From Trueperaceae bacterium (GTDB lineage: Bacteria; Deinococcota; Deinococci; Deinococcales; Trueperaceae), in NCBI GenBank assembly GCA_965213705.1, contig OZ243913.1, positions 256,001-320,000 on the forward strand: 64,000 nucleotides of DNA, given 5' to 3'. The position numbers were made by a program, and so were the translations under genes. Positions 1 through 8,434 of the stretch are shown here, one piece after another. A model generated the notes under the pieces. The model was given only the letters and a program-made list of their open reading frames with translations, had not been told where the DNA came from and searched no databases. The first letter of the stretch is position 1. The number at the start of each line of letters is the position of its first letter.

Positions 1-2
1 TT

Positions 3-173
3 GCCTCGAGCTTCGTTTTGCGTGAAGGCTCGAGCCTCCGAGGTCCTGATGCACTTCACCTAGCTATAGCTTTTAACAACGGTGTGAACGTTATCTACTC
101 GCTAGACGTAGGTCTCATAAAAGAGGCCAAAGCTTTGGAGTTACCTGCAAGCGACGCTGGCATCGGCGTTTGA
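3..173 (+). CDS. C-terminal end of a PIN-domain (VapC-type) toxin, truncated by the window edge
   Basis: Frame 3 reads ...SLRGPDALHLAIAFNNGVNVIYSLDVGL...* with the PIN LRxxDALHLA...D motif; TGA at 171-173. Confidence 0.75.
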   Translation, partial: ASSFVLREGSSLRGPDALHLAIAFNNGVNVIYSLDVGLIKEAKALELPASDAGIGV

Positions 174-212
174 AGCGCAAAAAGTAGCACCCCTCACGGC
201 TTTCGGCGCGGT

Positions 213-530
213 ATGCTGACCCGTGTCGCTTCAACTTATCAACCAGTATTACAGCAAGCTCGAGCGCCTCATCCAGTACGGCGGCTCGAGGCGTGGGATT
301 ACAAGCTGGGCAACCGCTCGGCCATAGAGTGGGTGCTCGACCGCTACAAGGAGAAAAAGCCCAAAGACCCGACCATCCGCGCGAAGTTCAACACGTACAG
401 GTTCGCGGACTATAAAGAAGAGGTCGTTACGCTGTTGCAGCGGGTGTGTACGGTGAGCGTGGAAACGGTGAAAATCGTCCGTATGATGAGTGCCGAACGG
501 GAGGTGAAACATGACGACGGTGCCGCTTAA
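213..530 (+). pseudogene. C-terminal fragment of a type ISP (LlaBIII-like) restriction-modification enzyme
   Basis: EAWDYKLGNRSAIEWVLDRYKEKKPKDPTIRAKFNTYRFADYKEEV matches the extreme C-terminus of type ISP proteins as I recall them; only about 80 aa present. Confidence 0.7.
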
Positions 531-552
531 AGAGGCGGGTAGTGGCCCACCA

Positions 553-969
553 TCAACTGACAGCAGCACGCTCAAGATTGTAGCGGACCAAGAACAGATG
601 CAAGCAAATGAGGTGCATGTGTTCGGACTTGGAGAAGGATAAGGTCTTTCTGACAAAGCGCGCTAGGCGTTGGCGGATAGTATTGTTAAAGCGCTCGACG
701 TGTGCTGTAAGCCCTGAGTCTTTACCAACAGCTTGATGCTGTTCATCGGGAACGACGGCCTGATAAGCTTCCCAGAAGTCACTAAACACCGTGCCTTGTT
801 TATAAGCATCTGGGATGTTACGCCAAAGTTTTTGACAAGTAGCAATGCCACGTCCACCTACAACACAAGCGACCACCTGGCGTGTCTGCTTACAAAGCGC
901 TATCCAGGCCCACCGTTTGTTACGTCTACATCGAACAAATGACCACATCTCGTCGAGTTCGAGTTGCAC
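553..969 (-). CDS. insB: IS1 transposase InsB (DDE) part, reached by -1 frameshift
   Basis: ELDEMWSFV, FSDFWEAY, HVERFNNTIRQRLARFVRKTLSFSK; slippery A7G (T7 at 1027-1033 on +). Confidence 0.9.
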   Translation of the reverse strand: MQLELDEMWSFVRCRRNKRWAWIALCKQTRQVVACVVGGRGIATCQKLWRNIPDAYKQGTVFSDFWEAYQAVVPDEQHQAVGKDSGLTAHVERFNNTIRQRLARFVRKTLSFSKSEHMHLICLHLFLVRYNLERAAVS

Positions 970-1003
970 CGCTTTAGGGTTCTCGGGCGTAACCAGTGTG
1001 GCG

Positions 1004-1282
1004 CTAAGCGGCGGTGTCGTCGCGGCTTTTTTTGAGCCATTTCGCTATTGTGGTGCGGGACACGCCGAATGTTCTGGTCAGCCCACGCATACTAGAGCGC
1101 TCCTGATACGACTTCAGTATCTCATCTTTCTTCGCTTCGCTGTACCCTTTAGTGCTCGCGTTCTCGCGACTGGACTTGCCGCACGCTCGACACAGGTACT
1201 TTTGCTTGCCGTTTGGTGCATGACCGTTCTTGACAAGCTCTTCGCTCTCGCAGTGGCAGCAACGTACAACTTTGGTGACCAT
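1004..1282 (-). CDS. insA: IS1 InsA (Zn finger + HTH)
   Basis: CCHC...KNGH...QKYLCRACG; HTH SMRGLTRTFGVSRTTIAKW. Confidence 0.9.
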   Translation of the reverse strand: MVTKVVRCCHCESEELVKNGHAPNGKQKYLCRACGKSSRENASTKGYSEAKKDEILKSYQERSSMRGLTRTFGVSRTTIAKWLKKSRDDTAA

Positions 1283-1532
1283 TCCTTAGCTTATCAGTCT
1301 TTGCTAAACCACTACCAAGAGGCGAAGGAACGGCTCGAGACACTCCTCGCTCAGGTTGCCGACGGCGAAGAGGTCATCATCACGCAAGAAGACGGCAGCG
1401 CCTATAAAATCGTACCCGCATTCCAACCACGCGCACGCAAGCGGGGTCTCGTCGGCAGCGCGAAGGGTGAAATCTGGATGTCCGAGGATTTTGACGAACC
1501 GCTCGAGGACTTCAAAGACTACATGTGACGGT

Positions 1533-1919
1533 GTGAGGCTTCTTCTCGACACTCACACGCTTCTTTGGGCTGTAAACGACGATGCCAGACTGAGCGAACA
1601 AGCTCGAGCTCTGCTTGAGGACACTGAAAACAGTCTCTTCTTAAGTGTAGTTAGCCTGTGGGAAATAGCTATCAAAGTTACCATCGGAAAACTCAACCTC
1701 AACTCGTCGTTCGATAACTTTGTCGCTCGCGGAGTTGTGGCTAAAGGCGTCGTGCTGCTACCTATAACAGAAGCGCACCTCAGCGCACTCGTCACGCTGC
1801 CCCTCCATTACCGCGACCCTTTCGATAGGCTCATCGTTGCTCAGGCGCTCACAGAAGACCTGACGCTTTTAAGTCGTGACGGCAACTTGACAGATTACGG
1901 CGTAAAGCTGCTTTGGTAA
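1533..1919 (+). CDS. vapC: VapC-type PIN-domain toxin
   Basis: GTG start; RLLLDTHTLLW...SVVSLWEIAIK...HYRDPFDRLIVAQA...LSRD. Confidence 0.9.
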   Translation: MRLLLDTHTLLWAVNDDARLSEQARALLEDTENSLFLSVVSLWEIAIKVTIGKLNLNSSFDNFVARGVVAKGVVLLPITEAHLSALVTLPLHYRDPFDRLIVAQALTEDLTLLSRDGNLTDYGVKLLW

Positions 1920-1933
1920 GCTTGGCAGCATAG

Positions 1934-2521
1934 ATGGCAGAAAATCCTCCCAGCATCGTCGTCATCGCCGGGCCGAACGGCGCGGGTAAATCGACGGCTG
2001 CACTCGTCCTTCTAAAAGAGACGTTCGCCACGCCCGAATTTGTGAACGCCGACGTCATCGCTCAGGGTTTGTCCGGCTTTGCGCCTGAAAATTCCGCTCT
2101 CGAGGCGGGACGGATTATGCTGCGGCGCTTAAAACAGCTTGCCCGTGAGAGACAGACTTTTGCTTTTGAAACCACGTTAGCAAGCCGCAGCTTCGCGCCC
2201 TGGATTAAGCGCGAGAAACAGCGAGGCTACCGGTTCATTCTCACTTTCTTGTGGCTGTCGTCAGCCGATTTGGCTGTCCAACGTGTCAAGGAGCGCGTTC
2301 GGTTGGGTGGACACAATGTTCCCGAGGACGTTATTAGCCGGCGTTACGCAGCCGGCCTAAAGAATTTTTTTGAGCTTTACGAACCTTTGGCGGATGGGTT
2401 CATGATTTATGATAACAGTGCTTACGCGCGTCCGAAACTCGTAGCTGAACGTGCTGTCGGCGCGGGTGTAAAAGTTTACGAGGGAGACTTATGGCAGACG
2501 CTTCAAAAACACCATCCGTAA
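1934..2521 (+). CDS. Zeta-toxin-like P-loop ATPase/kinase (COG4185 type)
   Basis: IAGPNGAGKST, FVNADVIA, FAFETTL, RVRLGGHNVPE. Confidence 0.85.
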   Translation: MAENPPSIVVIAGPNGAGKSTAALVLLKETFATPEFVNADVIAQGLSGFAPENSALEAGRIMLRRLKQLARERQTFAFETTLASRSFAPWIKREKQRGYRFILTFLWLSSADLAVQRVKERVRLGGHNVPEDVISRRYAAGLKNFFELYEPLADGFMIYDNSAYARPKLVAERAVGAGVKVYEGDLWQTLQKHHP

Positions 2522-2703
2522 GTTCCTCTGAAAAAATCGTAGAGGCGCTGCGCAACCCGGAAATCGTGACCGAAGCGATAACCAGGGCCGTCAAGATTGC
2601 CTTACGTCAGCACAAGCTCGCGGGCAATTCCGTCGCGGTCGAGCGCGACGGGAAGGTCGTGCTGATTCCCGCCTCTGAAATCCCGGATGACGTGTTGGAG
2701 TAA
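2491..2703 (+). CDS. Small partner protein of the zeta-like ATPase (putative antitoxin)
   Basis: 70-aa ORF overlapping the ATPase 3' end; AITRAVKIALRQHKLAGNSVAVERDGKVVLIP. Confidence 0.65.
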   Translation: MADASKTPSVSSSEKIVEALRNPEIVTEAITRAVKIALRQHKLAGNSVAVERDGKVVLIPASEIPDDVLE

Positions 2704-2719
2704 CGGGGCTCGAGAGCTG

Positions 2720-2869
2720 TCGCAACCGCTGAGGTCTTGGCGCGTTCCGGCAAAACCGCCCTGTAACCGCTTGTTTCTGAAACTCTCCCAACCGCCGGTG
2801 AACGTTTCCAACTTGGATAGCTTTGTATGCATAATGCTCTGGTTATACAGACTTTTGTCCGGTCAACAG
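2720..2869 (-). pseudogene. Decayed left end and N-terminus of an IS4-family relative
   Basis: MHTKLSKLETFTGGWESFRNKRLQGGFAGT aligns with MQTKLSKLETFAAGYKDLFKDRRLFDGFVGT; about 45 bp identical to the intact element end. Confidence 0.8.
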
Positions 2870-2875
2870 TGCAAG

Positions 2876-4235
2876 CTGAGATCCGGACGAAATTCATCTT
2901 TGTGGAAAAAGACGATGTGCAAGGGATAATAAGGCATCGTCACCGCCGACGAGAGGTGCGTACTGAGTGACTACAAGAAAAGAAGCGAGGTGCTCAAGCG
3001 CGGTTGAGAAGGTTCGGGGTCCGGGTCTACCCTTGGTATGGGTTTGACCCAACCGGGTAAGAAAGTCGAGCGCTTCATCCTCCTCGGCTACACCCAGGTC
3101 GTGCAAGAACGCCGCGGCTATCCAGGCGAAAGCTACAAGCGTCTTCAAAGCTTCAAACGACATGAGTTGCACAGTTTCCCAACCAAGACTCGACTTCGAC
3201 CAGGCGAACAGGTCTTCTATCGCCCAGCGCTGCCGGTAGGTTTTCAAGAGACGTTCGAGCAGTTGCTGCTCTTCACCCTCGCGCAGCGTGAGGTTGGTGA
3301 TGAGCACCCAACCTTTAGTTTTAAGCTTGGAGCGGACTTGCGCCACACATACCTCAAGCCCGAGCGCGTCTGCAAGCTCAACTTGAACCGCCGCTATAGC
3401 AACCGGCACAGGCTCGTGTTTGTGGCGTTTAGCGCTCGGGTCGAGCAAGCGTTTTTCGAGACTGGCGTTCGCCAGTAAAGGTGCAGACCCTAGCACCTTT
3501 GTAAGGTTGCTGGGGCGGTTGTTGAGCAGACACTTACGTTTCATGTGCTGCACGCGGGTCACGAAGCAGTCCCCCTTTTGGTGAATGTGCCGCATCAGCT
3601 TGAGGTTGTCGCCGGCCCTGTCGACAACCCACAGCAACCTACCTACCCCTTGAGCACGGAGCGCAGCCGTAACAGCGTCGATGGCTTGGCAATACGCTAC
3701 GTTTGCGCTTTTGAAGCCCGGTTCCAGGGTAGAAAAGCTGTGGTGATAGACAATCGCCCTGACGCCACTCTCGCCGATAGCCAGCACGTTCAAGGTGTGA
3801 AAGCCTGAGACGGGTTCGCCTTCCAAACTTCTGACCGTGTCCAGGTGTTCCAAACAGCTTGCAAACGGTTTACGCAGGTCGCTTTCGTCCATAATCAGTA
3901 GCACCTCGTGTTCACCCTGCAGGCGTTTAGCACCTTCTTTTGTCAACTGAGTCGTAAGACGGTCTGCACTCAGGTCAGCCCGGTCATTCTGGTTATGCAC
4001 CAGGCGACGGACGCGCCTTTCGGCGTGCAAGCTCGTTCCCAAGCTGCTACTGCTTTTGGCAATTCGGCTAACCCTCAAATCCCCGCTGCCGATAATGCCC
4101 TGCAACGTACCCACAAAACCATCGAATAACCTTCTGTCCTTGAACAAGTCTTTGTAACCAGCAGCGAACGTTTCCAGTTTGGATAGCTTTGTTTGCATAA
4201 TGCTCTGGTTATACAGACTTTTGTCCGGTCAACAG
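2876..4235 (-). mobile_element. IS4-family insertion sequence
   Basis: Imperfect IRs CTGAGATCCGGACGAAAT / CTGTTGACCGGACAAAAG; flanked by TGCAA(G)/TGCAA(C), a possible TSD; exact ends +/-1. Confidence 0.8.
2894..4198 (-). CDS. IS4-family DDE transposase
   Basis: LIMDESDLRKP, VVDRAGD, YRQRWAIEDLF (YREK signature). Confidence 0.9.
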   Translation of the reverse strand: MQTKLSKLETFAAGYKDLFKDRRLFDGFVGTLQGIIGSGDLRVSRIAKSSSSLGTSLHAERRVRRLVHNQNDRADLSADRLTTQLTKEGAKRLQGEHEVLLIMDESDLRKPFASCLEHLDTVRSLEGEPVSGFHTLNVLAIGESGVRAIVYHHSFSTLEPGFKSANVAYCQAIDAVTAALRAQGVGRLLWVVDRAGDNLKLMRHIHQKGDCFVTRVQHMKRKCLLNNRPSNLTKVLGSAPLLANASLEKRLLDPSAKRHKHEPVPVAIAAVQVELADALGLEVCVAQVRSKLKTKGWVLITNLTLREGEEQQLLERLLKTYRQRWAIEDLFAWSKSSLGWETVQLMSFEALKTLVAFAWIAAAFLHDLGVAEEDEALDFLTRLGQTHTKGRPGPRTFSTALEHLASFLVVTQYAPLVGGDDALLSLAHRLFPQR

Positions 4236-4244
4236 TGCAACCTC

Positions 4245-4273
4245 TTGACGAATGCTGCATACCGGGCTACACT
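4245..4273 (+). promoter_or_regulatory. Sigma70-like promoter
   Basis: TTGACG-17 bp-TACACT. Confidence 0.5.
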
Positions 4274-4338
4274 ATCTTTTATCAGCGCTCACGAGGCGCT
4301 TCTTTTTTTGTCTTAAACTTTTTTTCCAAAGAAACAAC

Positions 4339-4376
4339 AAAAAGGGCGCGGGTTCTTATGAGCCTGCGTCCTTTTC
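4339..4376. terminator. Intrinsic terminator downstream of the esterase
   Basis: AAAAGGGCGCGGGTTC-TTAT-GAGCCTGCGTCCTTTT hairpin with A/T tails. Confidence 0.65.
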
Positions 4377-4415
4377 GCTTGCGCTATTTGTCTGTCTGGT
4401 CGTCTGTCTGCGCCG

Positions 4416-5552
4416 TTACTGCACGGTAACCGGTGCGGGTACTGTGCCGCCCAGAAGGGTGTTCAGCCAGTCGGTCAACTTGACGCCCTCTTGTTCAGCG
4501 GTGTAAAAATCATCGTAAATGATGACGCAGTGCTGGGTTCCGTTTGAGGGGTCGCTGTCCCTGTCGAGGTCGTCTGTGAACGAGGTGAAGTTCGTTGCAC
4601 CTGCGCGGACGGCGGCGAGCGAGGTCTGCATTTTCTGGGACCACTCGAGCGCTAGTGTGTCGGGGGCTTGGCCTTTCATGAGGGCGTAGAAGCCTATCTG
4701 GGTACTGTCAAGCACGGTGTTGTATTGCGAGAAAACGCTGTCCGGGTAGAACTGGGCGATTTTTTGGTACAGCCTCGGGGTGAAGTCCACGCCGAACACG
4801 TCGTCGGTTTGGGGGTCTAAACCGGGCACGAAGTCGGGTAGGGCCGCGTTGACGTTCCAGTTGGCGACGGACTCCTGGGCGAACTCGGGCGTGATGACAC
4901 CCGCCCCGCAGTCGCCGAGCTGGTGAATTTCGGCCTCTGGATACTGCCGCTCCAAGTAAGGCGTCCACAAAATCGAGCCGTAAGCGCCCGCGCTGCAGCC
5001 GGTGACAAAAATGCTTTCGGGGGCCTCGAACGACTCGAACACCCAGTCCAGTACGGCTCTGGCGTTGACCGCGCCCTTGTGCCGCACCGTCACGTCCGGC
5101 CCTTGTCCGGCGGGGTCAGCGTAAGTTTTGAGGTTGTCCCCGTAGTGGATGTCGCCGGTGCAGTAAGGCACGTGGACGTGGTACCAGTCGTTGAACGGGT
5201 TTTCCGGGTTGTCGTGGTCGTAGATGCCGCGGTTCACGCCGTCCAAACCGTTTGGCGGGCCGAAGACCTGGTTGAAGTAGTAACCGCCTGAGCGGTCCGG
5301 GCGCGAAGGTTGCGAGCAAGTGAAATAGTTCCAACACGCTCCGCCCCCGCGAAAGTCGATGAGGAGTTTGTTCGTCTGCCCCGCGTAGGCAAAAAACTCG
5401 TATTCAGAACCGTCGGCGCAGGCCGTGTCGCCGCCGGTCGCGACCGCGTTCCACACGGCCGGTTCCAAAGTCGGCGTCGCGGGCGCAGTGGGCGAGGTAC
5501 CGCAACCCACAAGCAAGACTCCAAACAGCCAAACAACCAAAACCTTTTTCAT
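4416..5552 (-). CDS. Pectinacetylesterase/Notum-family esterase lipoprotein
   Basis: Lipobox LVGC; CADGS, GGGACW, VPYCTGDIH, GCSAG nucleophile motif. Confidence 0.85.
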   Translation of the reverse strand: MKKVLVVWLFGVLLVGCGTSPTAPATPTLEPAVWNAVATGGDTACADGSEYEFFAYAGQTNKLLIDFRGGGACWNYFTCSQPSRPDRSGGYYFNQVFGPPNGLDGVNRGIYDHDNPENPFNDWYHVHVPYCTGDIHYGDNLKTYADPAGQGPDVTVRHKGAVNARAVLDWVFESFEAPESIFVTGCSAGAYGSILWTPYLERQYPEAEIHQLGDCGAGVITPEFAQESVANWNVNAALPDFVPGLDPQTDDVFGVDFTPRLYQKIAQFYPDSVFSQYNTVLDSTQIGFYALMKGQAPDTLALEWSQKMQTSLAAVRAGATNFTSFTDDLDRDSDPSNGTQHCVIIYDDFYTAEQEGVKLTDWLNTLLGGTVPAPVTVQ

Positions 5553-5596
5553 TCCCAACCCCTTTCTTTCTGAATATACGTTATACGTCGCCGGGC

Positions 5597-5641
5597 GCAA
5601 GATAAATGGGTGCAGGACAAATGGAGGCAAGACAAATGGGT
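5597..5641. repeat. Three tandem 15-bp direct repeats
   Basis: GCAAGATAAATGGGT / GCAGGACAAATGGAG / GCAAGACAAATGGGT. Confidence 0.8.
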
Positions 5642-5643
5642 GC

Positions 5644-5675
5644 AAAAAAAGAGGCCCGCGGCGGGGCCTCTTTTG
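5644..5675 (-). terminator. Intrinsic terminator of the acidic lipoprotein gene
   Basis: AAAAAAAGAGGCCC-GCGGCG-GGGCCTCTTTT. Confidence 0.8.
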
Positions 5676-5697
5676 TGAATTCGTGGGTTGCCGGTCG

Positions 5698-6513
5698 TTA
5701 CTGGCTGACGGTTTGCTGCAAGCGCTCGAGCAGGGCTTGGACTTGCTGCAAGCCCTCGGCGGCGTTGTCCTGCAGGGTCGCCTCGGCTTCTTCGAATTGG
5801 GGCTGCAACTCCGCCCACTCGGCCTGCCCCGCCTCGTCGGCGCCCGCGTAGGCGGTGGCGAGGTTTTCACGCGCGGTCGTGAGTGTGTTCTGTACCGTTA
5901 AGACGTTCGTTTCGTCTTCGTTGGTAAGGTCTAAACCTTCCATGTCGCTGACGACTTGCGAACGAACCCCGTCAAGCTCCGCGCCGACGGCGGCAGCGGC
6001 GTCCGTCGCCGTGTCCGCGGTGGCGTCGGCCGCGTCGCCGATAGGTTCGGTCGTTATCGCCGCGGCCTCGTCGGCCGTTTCTTCGGTCGCGTCTGCAGCG
6101 TCGCTGATGGTGTCCGTGGTGGCTTCGTTGACGCTCTCAACAGCCTCATCCGTGGTCTCGGCCGTCTCTTGCGCCGCGTCTACCGTGGCGTCCGTGGCAG
6201 CGTCGGCCGCGTCCCCTACCGTGTCGGTCGCTCCGTCGAGCGAGTCACTTACCGTGTCCGTGGTCGCGTCCGCCGCGTCACCCACCGCGTCTGTCGTGGC
6301 GTCTGCTGCGTCCCCGACGGTGTCCGCCGTGGCGTCCACCGCGTCGCCTACCGTATCGGTCGCCGCGTCGGCTGCACCTTCGGCGGTGGTGGTGACGGCA
6401 CCGGCGGGGGTGGTGGCTTCTTCAGCGGTGTTGTCGTTACAAGCGGCGAGGCCGAACGCAAAAACGAACACCAATAGAAAAGCTAACAGTCTGTTCTTAG
6501 TGTGCCATTTCAT
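5698..6513 (-). CDS. Acidic Ala/Asp/Thr-rich lipoprotein with 11-aa LEA-like repeats
   Basis: SD GGGAG; lipobox LAAC; repeats ADATTDAVGDA-type. Confidence 0.8.
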   Translation of the reverse strand: MKWHTKNRLLAFLLVFVFAFGLAACNDNTAEEATTPAGAVTTTAEGAADAATDTVGDAVDATADTVGDAADATTDAVGDAADATTDTVSDSLDGATDTVGDAADAATDATVDAAQETAETTDEAVESVNEATTDTISDAADATEETADEAAAITTEPIGDAADATADTATDAAAAVGAELDGVRSQVVSDMEGLDLTNEDETNVLTVQNTLTTARENLATAYAGADEAGQAEWAELQPQFEEAEATLQDNAAEGLQQVQALLERLQQTVSQ

Positions 6514-6787
6514 AAAATTTCTCCCTTCAGCTCGCCCCCTCCCTGGAAACGAGCCGTCGAATGAAGCATAGGCGCAATATCGCTTACAAAGGTGTAGCCC
6601 GCCTTGCAAACTTCGTGAGTATAGCCTGAGTTTTGGGTGGCGGTTTGGCAGCTCGAAAACGTGTCTGGGAAGGGTCAAGACGCCCCTCAGCCACGGCTGC
6701 TCGAGGCTGCCGCCTTTTACGGCGGGACGGTGCGCTCAAGCTCCGCGGTAGGATGAAAGAAATGCAGCCCTCGGAAAGGACGACCCC

Positions 6788-8434
6788 ATGAACGTAGCCG
6801 ACCTTAAAGCCTGGAAAGCCCTGGAAAACCGTTACCAAACTTTGCGCTCCGTCCACATGCGCGACCTGTTTGCCGCTGACCCGGAGCGCTTTGAAAAGTT
6901 TTCGCTAAGCTGCGAAGCGGTGGTGTTCGACTACTCAAAAAACCGCCTCGACGAGGAAACGCTCTCTCTGCTGCTCGAGCTGGCGCGGCAAGTCGGGCTT
7001 GACGACGCGCGCGAAATGATGTTCACGGGCCAAAAAATCAACCCGACCGAAGACCGCGCCGTCCTGCACGTCGCGTTGCGCAACCGCAGCAACCGGCCCG
7101 TTCTGGTCGACGGCCAAGACGTGATGCCGGAGGTCAACGCGGTGCTCGCCAGGATGCGCACCTTCAGCGAGGCCGTGCGCGGCGGCGACTGGACCGGTTA
7201 CTCAGGCCAAGTCATTAGCGACGTGGTCAACATCGGCATCGGCGGCTCGGACCTGGGGCCAAAGATGGTGACGACCGCGCTGACGCCTTATGCCGGACGC
7301 CTCAAGGTCCATTTCGTGAGCAACGTCGACCCCACCGACGTCGTCGAGACCTTGAAAAAGCTCACGCCCGCCACCACCTTGTTTCTCGTCGCCAGCAAAA
7401 CCTTTACCACGCAAGAAACGATGACGAACGCGAACACGGCTCGAGACTGGCTACTCGCCGCGGCCGGGGATGACGGTCAAGACGAAGGCGTGGTCGCCAA
7501 GCACTTCGCAGCGCTGTCGACGAACGAAGAGGCGGTTACCGAGTTCGGCATCAATCCCGACAACATGTTCGGGTTTTGGGACTGGGTCGGCGGGCGCTAC
7601 AGCTTGTGGAGCGCTATTGGGCTGAGCATCGCCCTGTACGTCGGCATGGACCACTTCGAAGCGCTGCTGGGGGGCGCGCACAAGGCGGACGAGCATTTTA
7701 GAACCGCGCCCTTTGAGCGCAACGTTCCCGTCGTCATGGCGCTGCTCGGGGTGTGGTACAACAACTTCTTCGGCGCGGAGACCCAGGCGATTTTGCCCTA
7801 CGACCAGTACCTGGAGTATTTTCCGAGCTATTTCCAGCAAGGGGACATGGAGTCCAACGGCAAGAGCGTCACCCAAGACGGCGAGCGCGTCGCGGTGGCG
7901 ACCGGACCCGTTATCTGGGGCCAACCCGGCACGAACGGGCAGCACGCCTTTTACCAGCTTATCCACCAGGGCACCAAGCTCATCCCGTGCGACTTTCTGG
8001 CCGCGGCGAACAGCCACAATCCCGTGGGCGAGCACCATAAAATTTTGCTCAGCAACTTTTTCGCCCAGACCGAAGCGCTGATGAAGGGCCGTACCTCCGA
8101 AGAAGCGCGCGAAGAACTCCGGGATCAAGGCTACGAAGGTGAAGAACTCGAGCTGCTCACCGCCGCCAAGACGTTCGCGGGCAACAAGCCGACCAACTCG
8201 TTTTTGTACCCGCTGCTCACGCCCGAAACGTTGGGCACGCTCATCGCGCTTTACGAACACAAAATTTTTACGCAAGGCGTGATTTGGAACATCAACTCCT
8301 TCGACCAGATGGGCGTCGAACTCGGCAAGCAACTCGCCAAGGCAATTCTGCCCCAGCTTGACGGCGACGAGCCGGTGACGAACCACGACAGCAGCACCGA
8401 CGGGCTCGTCAACGCTTACAAGGCGATGCGCTGA
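6788..8434 (+). CDS. pgi: Glucose-6-phosphate isomerase
   Basis: [41 protein letters not shown]. Confidence 0.97.
   Translation: MNVADLKAWKALENRYQTLRSVHMRDLFAADPERFEKFSLSCEAVVFDYSKNRLDEETLSLLLELARQVGLDDAREMMFTGQKINPTEDRAVLHVALRNRSNRPVLVDGQDVMPEVNAVLARMRTFSEAVRGGDWTGYSGQVISDVVNIGIGGSDLGPKMVTTALTPYAGRLKVHFVSNVDPTDVVETLKKLTPATTLFLVASKTFTTQETMTNANTARDWLLAAAGDDGQDEGVVAKHFAALSTNEEAVTEFGINPDNMFGFWDWVGGRYSLWSAIGLSIALYVGMDHFEALLGGAHKADEHFRTAPFERNVPVVMALLGVWYNNFFGAETQAILPYDQYLEYFPSYFQQGDMESNGKSVTQDGERVAVATGPVIWGQPGTNGQHAFYQLIHQGTKLIPCDFLAAANSHNPVGEHHKILLSNFFAQTEALMKGRTSEEAREELRDQGYEGEELELLTAAKTFAGNKPTNSFLYPLLTPETLGTLIALYEHKIFTQGVIWNINSFDQMGVELGKQLAKAILPQLDGDEPVTNHDSSTDGLVNAYKAMR

Larger units (their letters stand above)
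538..1316 (-). mobile_element. IS1-family insertion sequence, 779 bp
   Basis: Ends GGTAGTGG...CCACTACC; 8-bp TSD AAGAGGCG at 530-537 and 1317-1324; insA/insB ORFs. Confidence 0.93.
511..1528 (+). pseudogene. Phd/YefM-type antitoxin (DUF2281-like tail) split by IS1
   Basis: SD GAGGTG at 501, ATG 511: MTTVPLKEA|IS1|KERLETLLAQVADGEEVIIT...GSAKGEIWMSEDFDEPLEDFKDYM; the halves rejoin in frame once the IS and one TSD copy are removed. Confidence 0.88.

Noticed and set aside
845..1528. 227-aa ORF as a genuine novel gene
   Set aside because: It is the antisense frame of IS1 running into the 3' half of the split antitoxin
7451..8386. Long antisense ORFs opposite pgi, serA, metH, fadJ and others
   Set aside because: Expected shadow frames of high-GC coding DNA, with no motifs
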